Positions 37,890 through 46,934 of a stretch of 64,000 nt of DNA are shown here, piece after piece. The notes below the pieces were generated by a model. The model saw nothing but the letters and a program-made list of their open reading frames with translations. It was not told the DNA's origin and searched no databases. Every line of letters begins with the position of its first letter. Position 1 is the stretch's first letter. The translations under genes were made by a program, and so were the position numbers. The DNA is from an uncultured Chloroflexia bacterium (GTDB lineage Bacteria > Chloroflexota > Limnocylindria > Limnocylindrales > CSP1-4): positions 72,751-136,750 of the forward strand of contig CAVQVT010000014.1 in NCBI GenBank assembly GCA_963717255.1, given 5' to 3'.

Positions 37890-39578
37890 TCAGTCGAGGT
37901 CGACCGCCTCCCGCCACACCGGGACATACGCCCGAAGACCGAGCGCGGAGACCTTCGGGACGAGCGCCGCCTGCGCGTCGGGGTCCCCGTGGACGACGAA
38001 GACGCGCCGGGGGACGCCCGTCTCGCCCGCGCGCCGCGGGGGATCGCCCGGCCGCCGCCCGTCGACGAACGCGCGGAGCCAGTCGAGCAGCTCCGACTCG
38101 TCGGCGTGGGCGGAGAACCCGCTGATCGAGCGGACGCGGCAGCGGACCCGGCGGACGGCGCCGTCGATCCGGACGGTCTTCGCGCCCGCCTGGAGGTGCG
38201 CGCCGAGCGTCCCCTCCCCCTGGTAGCCGACGAACAGCAGGGTCGCGGCGGGGTCGTCGATGAGGTTCCGCAGGTGCCCGACGACGCGGCCCGCCGGTGA
38301 GCATCCCGTTCGAGGCGACGATCATGTACGGCCGCCGGGCACGCGCGAGGGCGCGGGACTGCTCGGCCGTGTTCACGACGACGGCATTCGGGTAGTCGAG
38401 CGGCGTCTCGCCCTCCGCGAGGAGCCGCGCTGTCTCTTCGTCGTAGCAGTCGGGATGCCGCCGGTAGATGTCGGTCGCCTTCGTCGCCATCGGCGAATCG
38501 AGGTAGAGCCGGATCTGCGGGATGCGCCCGGCCGACACGAGGCGGTCGAGCTCCCAGACGACCTCCTGCGTCCGCCCGATCGCGAACGACGGGACGAGGA
38601 GGACGCCGCCGGCCTCGTCGACGAGGCGGACGGTCTCCGCCAGGATGCGGACCGCCTCGCCCTCGGGCTCGTGCTCGCGCCCGCCGTACGTCGACTCCAC
38701 GACGACGTAGTCCGCGTCGGTGAGCACCGACGGGTCGCGGAGGATAGGCGTGCCTCGCCGACCGAGGTCGCCCGAGAACACGATCGTCCGCTCGGGCCCG
38801 CCGGGCTCGTCGGCGACGCGGAGGCGGATGATGGCCGACCCGAGGATGTGCCCGGCGTCGAGGAACGTCGCGTGCACGCCGGGCGCCACCTCGCGCTCCT
38901 CGCCATACGGGATCGGGCGGAAGAGGCGGAGCGCCAGCTGGGCGTCGCGCTCGGTGTAGAGCGGCTCGTCGAGTTCCACGTCGATCTCGGCCGGCTGGCC
39001 CCGCAGCTCGTCCTCGGGGTCGCGACCGGCCGACCCCGCGCCGCGGCCGGCGCGCACGTCGCCGCGGCCCGGCCCGGCGACGATCGAGGTCGGCACGTGC
39101 TCGTCGTCTCGGCAGGGTGCGGCTCGGCGGCGTGCCCGGCCCAGCGCTCCTCGCCGGCCTCCGCAAGGTCCACCGCCGCCTCGTAGCGCTCGGCGTCCTT
39201 CGCGTCCTCCGCGGCTGCGCGTGCCGGGTCGCGGCGCTCCCAGCGGTCCTCGCGCTTGGCGAACTCCTCCTGCAGCTTGCCGGAGTCCAGCAGCACGAGG
39301 CCGGCCAGCTCGATCGTCGCGGGCGTCGCGAGGATCGGCCCGGCGAAACCCTCGCGTGCAAGGTGCGGGATCAGTCCGCAGTGGTCGAGGTGCGCGTGGG
39401 TCAGCAGCAGGACGTCGACCGACGCGGGCTCGAACGCGAAGGGAACGTGGTTGCGGACCAACTCGTTGGGGCTCCCCTGGAACATGCCGCAGTCGATGAG
39501 GACCCGGGCCCGGGACGTCTCGAGGAGGTACTGCGACCCGGTGACCGTCCGGGCGCCGCCGAGGAAGTGGAGGTGCAT
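37890..39578 (-). CDS. MBL-fold beta-CASP family hydrolase (RNA-metabolising nuclease-like); two frame shifts as assembled (~39110 deletion, ~38290 insertion)
   Basis: MHLHFLGGARTVTGSQYLLE...LLLTHAHLDHCG (ORF 38373..40112 frame, ATG 39578). PLYTERDA...ATFLDAGHILGSA...VVESTYGGREH...SFAIGRTQE...MIVASNGMLTGG (ORF 37816..39606 frame). Own translation of the third frame gives RVVGHLRNLIDDPAATLLFVGYQGEGTLG...SGFSAHADESELLDW...FVVHGDPDAQ...VDLD, stop 37892-37890. Confidence 0.75.
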
Positions 39579-39680
39579 GGCCCGATGGTGGCACGCGGGG
39601 TGCCACCGTGCCGGCCCGATGGGCGCCGGCCGGGCGCCGGGCAGGGCGTGGCGCGCCCGTGGCGCCGCCGCGACGCTCGC

Positions 39681-40390
39681 GTGTGTCACCATCCGCCGGT
39701 GCCCCGCGCCCTGCCTCCCGCCCTGATCGATCGGTGGTCGCCCCGCACGGTGATCCCCAGGCTGCCCGGGCTCGTCGTCGGCCTGCTGGTCTTCGGCGCG
39801 GGCGTGGCTCTCATGGCCGCCGCGGGCGTGGGGCTGGGGCCGTGGGAGGTGCTCCACCAGGGGATCTCGAGCCACACCGGCATCCCGCTCGGCACGGTGA
39901 GCATCCTCCTCGGGTTTCCGATCCTCCTGCTGTGGATCCCCCTCGGCGAGTACCCGGGCGTGGGGACGGTCCTCAACGTGCTGCTCATCGGGACCGCGAC
40001 GAACATCGTCCTCCCGGCGCTCCCCCACCCCACCGACCTGCCCGCCAGCTGGCGATGATGCTCGCCGGGGTCCTCGTGATCGGCGTCGGGTCGGGCCTCT
40101 ACCTCGGCGCACGCCTGGGGCCCGGCCCGCGGGACGGGCTCATGACCGGCATCCACGGCCGGTTCGGTTGGTCGGTGCGCCGCGCGCGGACGGCCGTGGA
40201 GGTGGTCGTGCTGGTCGTCGGGTTCCTCCTCGGCGGCACCGTGGGCATCGGTACGGTCGTGTTCGCGTTCGGGATCGGTCCGGTCGTGCAGGTCGTCCTG
40301 CGCGTCTTCGACCGAGGGACGTGCGGAGATCGCGCGCACGGACCCGGACCTCGCGGAGGAGCTCGCGGGCCGGGGACCGTCGGCGAGTAG
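39681..40390 (+). CDS. YczE/YitT-like polytopic membrane protein; one frame shift as assembled (~40046)
   Basis: LPGLVVGLLVFGAGVALMAAAGVGLGPWEVLHQGIS... in ORF 39117..40058 (GTG 39681 or 39699). After HPTDLPA it continues as QLAMMLAGVLVIGVGSGLYLGARLGPGPRDGLMTG... in ORF 39608..40390. gcc-ag looks like gcc-cag minus one c. Confidence 0.6.
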
Positions 40391-40443
40391 GGGACCCCGA
40401 GCAAGCGGGGGAGAGCGCCGGCGCAAGGCCTCCGGGTGGGGGC

Positions 40444-41572
40444 TCAGCCGTGGTCGCGGAGGAGGCGCTGCTGCGCGCGGGCGCGCGCGCCGCCGAGACC
40501 GTCTCCCTCGGGGCTCGCCCATCCGAACGCGATCGTCACGCCGGGGGCATTGGCCGCCAGCCACTCCTCGCAGGTGGCACGGACCCGCTCGACGAAGTTG
40601 ACCGCCCTGATCTCGTCCGTCTCGGTCAGCAGGACCGCGTAGAGGCCGGCACCGAGCACGGCGGCGCGGTCACTCGAACGCACGTTGGCTCGAACGAGCG
40701 GTACCGATCATCGCCGCGGCCCTCTCCGCAAGGCCGGCACCATGGACGGCGACGACGGCGTCGAGCCCACCGAGCTCGGCGAGGACGATCGTCGTCGGCC
40801 GGCGGTAGCGGCGCTCGCGCGGGTCCTCGTCGGCGATCCACAGCTCCCACGCCAACGCCGTCCCGAGCCCGGTGACCGGATCGGTGAGCAGGCGCGTCAA
40901 CGCCTGCCGATCGACGGTCGGCGTGGGCTCATGGTCGCGGCGGCGTCGAGGAGGGGGTGGATGACGCCCGGGTCGGCGACCGGCCATGCGGGGTCCCCGT
41001 CCGGGCTCTCGGGCCAGGTCGCGGGGCTTGCAGGATCTCGGGGCGGAAGATGGACGACACGACGGCCTCCGGCCAGACGACCGGACCGGGGGACCCGGAC
41101 CATTCGCGGTCCTCGGCCCCCACGGCCGACTCGTCGCTGCCGTCGGAGAGCTGCAGATCGGGGCGAGCTCGGGGGCCGCGCCGGCCGGGTAGCCGCTCCA
41201 GGTCCTCTGCGCCCGGGTGCGTCGGGCACCGTCGGCGGCGGGACGAGCTCAGCGATCGGCGCGCGATCGTGGGGTCGGCGAGCTGGACCGGCTCGTGCGG
41301 CACGGACGGGTCGGCAGGCTCCAGGACGTCGGCGCCCATGAACCCGTCGGGCTCCGTGGGCGGCGGGACGAGCTCGGCGATGCGGCGTGCGATCGTGGGG
41401 TCCGTCGTCGGGGTCTCCGGCGAGGACTCGCGATGGGCTGGCCGGTCTCCCACGCCATCGGACTGCGCCGCCGGAGCAGGCCGAACGTCACGAGCGTCAG
41501 CGAGGCGAGGCTCGTGCCGACGACGACCGTCAGGTACGGAAACCCGCCAGCATCCACGAATCGTTCTCCCAT
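40444..41572 (-). pseudogene. Membrane-anchored degenerate GGDEF-domain gene, interrupted six times as assembled (five +/-1 indels and one 16-nt insertion)
   Basis: Reconstructed by frame-walking: MGERFVDAGGFPYLTVVVGTSLASLTLVTFGLLRRR (ATG 41572) ... DPTIARRIAELVPPPT (twice) ... DPVTGLGTALAWELW...TTIVLAELGGLDAVVAVHG...RSSDRAAVLGAGLYAVLLTETDEI...AFGWAS. GAGLY replaces GGDEF. Pieces lie in ORFs 41249..41572, 40929..42113, 40897..41229, 40670..40987 and 40444..40683. Confidence 0.6.
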
Positions 41573-41692
41573 TCGAGGGCGTTGCCGGACCCACAGTGTC
41601 CACCCGGGGGTGGCGTCGGCGCACCGGGACGACGGTACCGGGCCGCATGGGAGAAGCGTCCGGGGGCCGCGGGTGCCGCCGATGGGACCCTG

Positions 41693-42754
41693 TCACCCGA
41701 CAGGCACGAGGACGAGGGTGTCCACGGCGATCGCGAGGAAAAGGAGCGTGAGGTAGGTGATGGAGTACTTGTACAGCCGGATGGCGCCGACCCCCGTCCC
41801 CTCGCGCCAGAGGCGGATCGCCTGCCAGAGGAACACGGCGCCGAGGACGACCGCGGCGATGAGGTAGATGGCGCCCATCTTCGCGACCGCCCAGAGGACG
41901 AGCGAGATCGCGACGAGGAGGATCGTGTACAGGAGGATCTGGCGGACCGTCTCGGTGGCGCCGGAGACCACCGGGAGCATCGGGATCCTCGCGCTCGCGT
42001 AGTCGCGGCTGATGCGCAGCGCCAGCGCCCAGAAGTGCGGCGGGGTCCAGTAGAAGACCACGGCGAACAGCAGGAGCGCCGGGATCTCCACGCGGCCCGT
42101 CACGGCAGCCCACCCGATGACGGGTGGCAGGGCGCCCGCGGCCCCGCCGATGACGATGTTCTGCGGCGTCGTGCGCTTGAGCATCAGGGTGTAGACGACG
42201 ACGTAGAAGGCGATCGCGAGGAGAGCGAGGAAGGCGGACAGGAGGTTGACGAAGTAGCCGAGGATGGCGAACGAGATCACCCCGAGGACGATGCCGAAGA
42301 CGACCGCGTTCGCGGGCTCGACCTGGTGCGCGGGGAGGGGCCGGCGACGGGTCCGGGTCATGATGACGTCGATGTCGCGGTCGAGGTAGCAGTTGATGGC
42401 GTTCGCGCTGCCCGCGGCGAGCGATCCCCCGATGAGCGTCCAGGCGATGAGGGCGAGCGGCGGGAAGCCCTTGGCCGCGAGGACCATCGCCGGGATGGTG
42501 GTGATGAGCAGCAGCTCGACGATCCGCGGCTTCGTCAGCGCGATGTAGGCGAGCACGATGTCGCGCCGACGGCGGGCGGGCGGCGACTCGGCGACGCCCC
42601 CGACCGCACCCGGCTCACCCGTGCCCCCATCGATCCTCGCCGGCATGGCGTCGGCGTCGTCCGCCTCGGGCATCTCGACGTGGCCGACCGGTCCGGCGAC
42701 GGCGACCGCGTGGGCTGCCTCGGCGAGCGCCACCGCGGCGGGATCGATCGCCAC
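41693..42754 (-). CDS. ctaB: Protoheme IX farnesyltransferase (heme O synthase)
   Basis: ORF 41693..42754, 353 aa. YIALTKPRIVELLLITT, NCYLDRDIDVIMTRTRRRPLP, FYWTPPHFWALAL motifs. The start is uncertain (GTG 42754; ATG 42676/42646) because of overlap with the ctaA frame. Confidence 0.9.
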   Translation of the reverse strand: MAIDPAAVALAEAAHAVAVAGPVGHVEMPEADDADAMPARIDGGTGEPGAVGGVAESPPARRRRDIVLAYIALTKPRIVELLLITTIPAMVLAAKGFPPLALIAWTLIGGSLAAGSANAINCYLDRDIDVIMTRTRRRPLPAHQVEPANAVVFGIVLGVISFAILGYFVNLLSAFLALLAIAFYVVVYTLMLKRTTPQNIVIGGAAGALPPVIGWAAVTGRVEIPALLLFAVVFYWTPPHFWALALRISRDYASARIPMLPVVSGATETVRQILLYTILLVAISLVLWAVAKMGAIYLIAAVVLGAVFLWQAIRLWREGTGVGAIRLYKYSITYLTLLFLAIAVDTLVLVPVG

Positions 42755-43682
42755 CCGCCGGCCGTCCGTCGGCTCCCGCGGCGCTGTCCGCCGTCTGCTC
42801 CCCTCGCGCGGCGTAGTGCGCGTGGACGGCGGCGGCGAGCGCGAGCGCCCACACCGAGGCCCCGATCGCCACGTGGAGGATCTGGCTCCAGGCGGACTTC
42901 TGCGTGAAGATCTGCATGGCCCCGACCATGGACTGGACGAGGAAGAGCGCCGCGGCCCACACCTCGAGCCGGATGACCACCGGATGCGCGCGCTGGGTGC
43001 GCCACGCGACCAGGGCCGCGACGACGACGACGACGCCGACGATGCCCGCGACGTAGCGGTGCAGGATCTGCGAGCTGGTGACGTCGGTCATCGGAGGGAA
43101 GAGCGTCCCGCCCATCAGCGGCCAGTCCGGGAAGACGAGGGTGCCGTCGGTCGCCGTGACGTGCGAGCCGAAGAGCAGCAGCGCGTAGACGGAGGCGGCG
43201 CTGAAGGCGGCGAGCAGGGCGAACCGCTGGCTCCCACCCCGTCCCGCGAGGCGCGCCGGATACGCCGAGCGGACGTAGAGGAAGACGAGAAGCCCGAGCA
43301 GCAGCATCGCCGCCGCGAGGTGGGCGGTCACCGACTCGCCGGAGTTGCCGAGACGGACCGTCTCGCGCCCGAGCCAGGCCTGGAAGAGGACGAGCAGCAC
43401 GGCCCCGATGGAGGGCCAGACAAGTGACGGCCGGTCGCGGTGGTCGACGATGGCGATGCCGGCGACGCCGAGGATCAGGAGGCCGAGCACCGCCGCGACC
43501 GTGCGGTGGATCCACTCGAACCACGCCTTGTAGTCGTCGAGGGGCGGCAGGACCTGTCCGTAGCAGAGGGGCCAGTCCGGGCAGCCGAGGCCCGAGTCGG
43601 TGGCGCGCACGAGCACACCGATGGTGACGAGCGCCAGTGTCCAAGCGATCGCCACCGCCGTGATCTTCTGGAAGCGGGTCAC
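42615..43682 (-). CDS. ctaA: Heme A synthase (COX15/CtaA); true 3' end uncertain
   Basis: ORF 42615..43682, 355 aa. VRATDSGLGCPDWPLCYG, WIHRTVA, FPDWPLM, ILHRYVA, ILHVAIG motifs. The last ~50 codons (after ...GADGRPAGG) are Arg/Gly junk with poor GC3 and overlap the ctaB frame. Confidence 0.85.
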   Translation of the reverse strand: MTRFQKITAVAIAWTLALVTIGVLVRATDSGLGCPDWPLCYGQVLPPLDDYKAWFEWIHRTVAAVLGLLILGVAGIAIVDHRDRPSLVWPSIGAVLLVLFQAWLGRETVRLGNSGESVTAHLAAAMLLLGLLVFLYVRSAYPARLAGRGGSQRFALLAAFSAASVYALLLFGSHVTATDGTLVFPDWPLMGGTLFPPMTDVTSSQILHRYVAGIVGVVVVVAALVAWRTQRAHPVVIRLEVWAAALFLVQSMVGAMQIFTQKSAWSQILHVAIGASVWALALAAAVHAHYAARGEQTADSAAGADGRPAGGDRSRRGGARRGSPRGRRRRTGRPRRDARGGRRRRHAGEDRWGHG

Positions 43683-43830
43683 CGTCCCTCCTGCCGCTCG
43701 AGCAGCGCGATGCTAGCAGAGGGGGCCTTCCCGAGCCGGATCCGGGCCGGGCGGTCCCGCCCCGCACGCCGTGTGGCGCCCGGGGCCGCCGACGGCCCTC
43801 CCGCACGTTCGGCGATACACTCGCCGCGGC

Positions 43831-44826
43831 ATGACGTTCCCCCAGCTCCCCGGCCGACCCGCCGCGTCCGTGACGGCCGTCGCGATCATCTCCCTCCTCG
43901 CCGTCGGCGCCTGCTCGTCCGGCACCGGGACGAGCGGCTCGGTCGCCGCCGCGTCCATGGCGGTGGCGACGGCGACGAACGCCGCGTTCGACGGATGGCC
44001 GCTGCCGGGGCAGGCGTCAACGACCAGCTTCATCCCCGTCCTCGCGTCGGCCGAGAACGTGGTCGGGCGATCGCGCTTCCTCCTCACGCTCGTGGACCGG
44101 GACAACCGGCCCATCGCGTCGCCGGATCGCAAGGTCACGCTGAAGATGTTCGACCTGGCGAAAGACCCGGTGAACCCCGCGCAGACCGTCGCCGCGGACT
44201 TCCTCTGGGCGATCGAGGGAGAGCGCGGCTTCTACGTCGCCTCCGTGGACTTCCGGCAGGCGGGCGAGTGGGGCGTGGAGGTCGACGTCGCCCGGCAGGG
44301 CGCCGCCCCGGAGGCCGCCCGCGTCCGCTTCGACGTGCAGCCCACGGGGACGAGCGTCCAGGTCGGTGAGCGTGCGCCGAGCGTCGAGACCCCCACCCTC
44401 CCGGACGCCGGCGGCGACGTGCGGAGGCTCTCGACCGACCCGAGCCCCGACCCGTCCCTCTACGCGACGTCCGTGAAGGGAGCGCTGGACGCGCACGAGC
44501 CGTTCGTCCTCGTCTTCGCCACGCCGGCCTTCTGCCAGAGTCGCGTCTGCGGCCCCACGCTCGACATCGTGAAGAAGGTGAAGGCGGCCGAGCCGGACGT
44601 CACCTTCATCAACGTGGAGCCGTACCAGGTAGCCTGGAAGGACGGTTCCCTCCAGCCGGTCCTCGACGCGAACGGCCAGCTGACGCCGGTCCCGTCGGTG
44701 GAGGCGTACGGCCTGCTCGTGGAGCCCTGGATCTTCGTCGTGGACCGCGACGGGGTGGTCCGCGGCTCGTTCGAGGCGGTCGTCTCCGAGAAGGAGCTTC
44801 AGACCGCGATCGACGCGGTGAAGTAG
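43831..44826 (+). CDS. Thioredoxin-fold (TlpA/AhpC-TSA/Sco-like) lipoprotein, possibly oxidase-assembly related
   Basis: ORF 43771..44826 from MTFPQLPGRPAASVTAVAIISLLAVGACSSG (ATG 43831, lipobox). FVLVFATPAFCQSRVCGP Cys pair. Divergent from ctaA. Confidence 0.6.
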   Translation: MTFPQLPGRPAASVTAVAIISLLAVGACSSGTGTSGSVAAASMAVATATNAAFDGWPLPGQASTTSFIPVLASAENVVGRSRFLLTLVDRDNRPIASPDRKVTLKMFDLAKDPVNPAQTVAADFLWAIEGERGFYVASVDFRQAGEWGVEVDVARQGAAPEAARVRFDVQPTGTSVQVGERAPSVETPTLPDAGGDVRRLSTDPSPDPSLYATSVKGALDAHEPFVLVFATPAFCQSRVCGPTLDIVKKVKAAEPDVTFINVEPYQVAWKDGSLQPVLDANGQLTPVPSVEAYGLLVEPWIFVVDRDGVVRGSFEAVVSEKELQTAIDAVK

Positions 44827-44987
44827 ACGCCGACCGAACGGAGCGACATACGGCCCTTCCGCCGCGGTGCCCGCCGCGCGACGGTGGGAGGCGCGCGGGG
44901 GGCGAAGAGACGCGGGCCACACAGCGGCCGCCGGGTCCGCGTCGAGCCACTGGCGAGACCGACCCGCCCTGGCATGAGGGTTGCCCG

Positions 44988-45317
44988 ATGGCGATCCACG
45001 CACCCGCCCATCGTCCCCCGTTCCACTTCCACCTCGCCTGGCCCCACCTCGGCGAGGCCGCGTCGGGCATCGTGACCGCGCTCGTCGTCCTCGCCGCGAT
45101 CGTGGTGGTCGCGTGGGTCGCGTCGCTTGCTCTCGCGCCATCCGCCGGCACCACGGCGGAGTCCCGGAGCATCGTCCAGTTCCGCGCCGCCGAGCGAGCC
45201 CCGCTCTTCACCGAGGCGGACGGCCTGGTTCTGTTCCGGGCGGGCGAGCGCGCGCCCGCGTTCACCGAGACCGACAGCCTCGTGATCTTCCGCGCGGGGG
45301 AGCGCGACAGCCGCTGA
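44988..45317 (+). CDS. Small single-pass membrane protein with 18-residue tandem repeats, hypothetical
   Basis: ORF 44988..45317, 109 aa. GAGGG RBS. TM IVTALVVLAAIVVVAWVASLAL. Repeats SIVQFRAAERAPLFTEAD / GLVLFRAGERAPAFTETD / SLVIFRAGERDSR. Confidence 0.5.
   Translation: MAIHAPAHRPPFHFHLAWPHLGEAASGIVTALVVLAAIVVVAWVASLALAPSAGTTAESRSIVQFRAAERAPLFTEADGLVLFRAGERAPAFTETDSLVIFRAGERDSR
45168..45314 (+). repeat. 54-nt in-frame tandem repeat, about 2.7 copies, inside the small membrane protein gene
   Basis: Units at 45168-45221, 45222-45275 and partial 45276-45314. Imperfect at the DNA level; conserved as (L/I)V.FRAGERAP.FTE.D. Confidence 0.8.
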
Positions 45318-45377
45318 CCCGCGCCGCCGCGGGCCCGGGAGCCGCTCGATGGGCGGCGACCCCCGGGCCCGTCCCGT

Positions 45378-46934
45378 TCAGAGCCTCCCGGGATAGCCGG
45401 TGATCCGGCGGATCTCCTCGTAGAGCGGACGCAGGCGCCCGTACATCCGCCGGTAGACCCTCGCGTACAGCTCGTCGTAGAGGGCGTGGTTCGCGGCGTC
45501 CGGCTCGCGGACCGAGGCGACGCGGGTCATCTCCCGCACGGCGGCCGGGAAGTCCGGGTGGATCCCGAGGCCCACGGCCGCGTCGATCGCGGCGCCCAGG
45601 CCGGACGCCTCGTGCGTGTGCGGGCGCGCCGCCGGGAGCCCGAAGACGTCGGCCGCCAGCTGGACCGCCCGGTCGCTCTGGGCGCCGCCGCCCGCGACGC
45701 GGAGCTCCGTCACCTTCACGCCCGTCCGCTTCTCGGTCCGCTCCATCCCCTCCCGGAGGGCGTACGCGAGGCCCTCGAGGATCGCGCGATAGACGTGCGC
45801 CCGGGTGTGGACGTCGCCGAACCCGATGATCGCGCCCTTCGCCTCCGGGCCCGGCACGCGCAGGCCGGGCGACCAGTACGGCTGGAGGGTGAGGCCGAGC
45901 GAACCCGGCTGGGACCGACGCGAGGAGGTCGTCGAGCACCCGGTGCGCGGGCACGCCGAGCTCGGCTGCGCGCGCGTCCTCGGCATGGCCGAACTGGCGA
46001 CGGAACCACTCGACCATCCAGAACCCGCGGTAGACGGAGAGCTCGAGCGACCACGCGCCGGGGACCGCGGCCGAATAGGCCGGGAGGTACGGGATCGCCT
46101 CGACGTACCGGCGCTGCGTCGTGTTGAACGTGGCGGTCGTCCCGAACGAGAGCGCGCCGATCGAGGACTCGAGGGCGCCGGAGCCGAGGACCTCGCAGGC
46201 CTTGTCGGCCGCGGCGGCGATGAGGGGCAGGCCGGCCGGGATCCCGGTCGCGTCGGCGGCGGCCGGCACGATCTCGCCGAGCGGCTGCGCCACCGGCACG
46301 AGGCCCGGGAGCGTCGTCGGATCGAACGGCGCGCCGATCCATTGCCAGTCACCGGCGGCCGACCACCGCTGGCGCTTGTAGTCGAACGGGAGGAGGCCGA
46401 CCTGGCTGCCGACCGAGTCGGCATACCGGCCGGTCAGCCGGTGGACGAGGAAGCCCGAGAGCAGCAGGTAGTGCGCCGTCCGCGACCAGACCTCGGGCTC
46501 CTCTCGGGAGATCCAGTTCGCCTCCAGTCGGCCCGAAGCGAAGCCACCGTCTCCGTCACGCCGATCGCCCGGAACAGGAGACCCCACCTCCCGCCGATCG
46601 GCGGGAGTCCCTCGACGCGCCGCTGGTCGAGCCAGACGATCGCCGGTCGCAGCGGGCGACCGTCGGCATCGAGCACCACCACGGTCGCTCGCTGGGTCGT
46701 GAGCGCGACGCCGGCGAGCGAGCCGCGATCGAACCCGCCCGCCCAGAGCGCGGCGCACGCCTCGCCGATCGCACGCCAGTAGAGCTCGGGGTCCTGCTCC
46801 GCCCAGCCCGGGTGCGGGCTGACGTACGGCTCGATGGGGACCCTGGCCGCCGCGACGACCTCGCCGCGCGGGTCGAAGGCGAGCGCCCGGATGCTCTGGG
46901 TGCCCACGTCGATCGCGAGGATCCGGTCACCCAT
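45378..46934 (-). CDS. FGGY-family carbohydrate kinase; two frame shifts as assembled (~46530 deletion, ~45912 insertion)
   Basis: MGDRILAIDVGTQSIRALAFD...ALTTQRATVVVLD (ORF 46434..46988 frame, ATG 46934). LEANWISREEPEVW...ALSFGTTATF (ORF 45262..46758 frame). QPGSLGLTLQPYWSPG...ELRVAGGGAQSDRAVQLAADVFGLP (ORF 45378..46424 frame). Confidence 0.75.
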
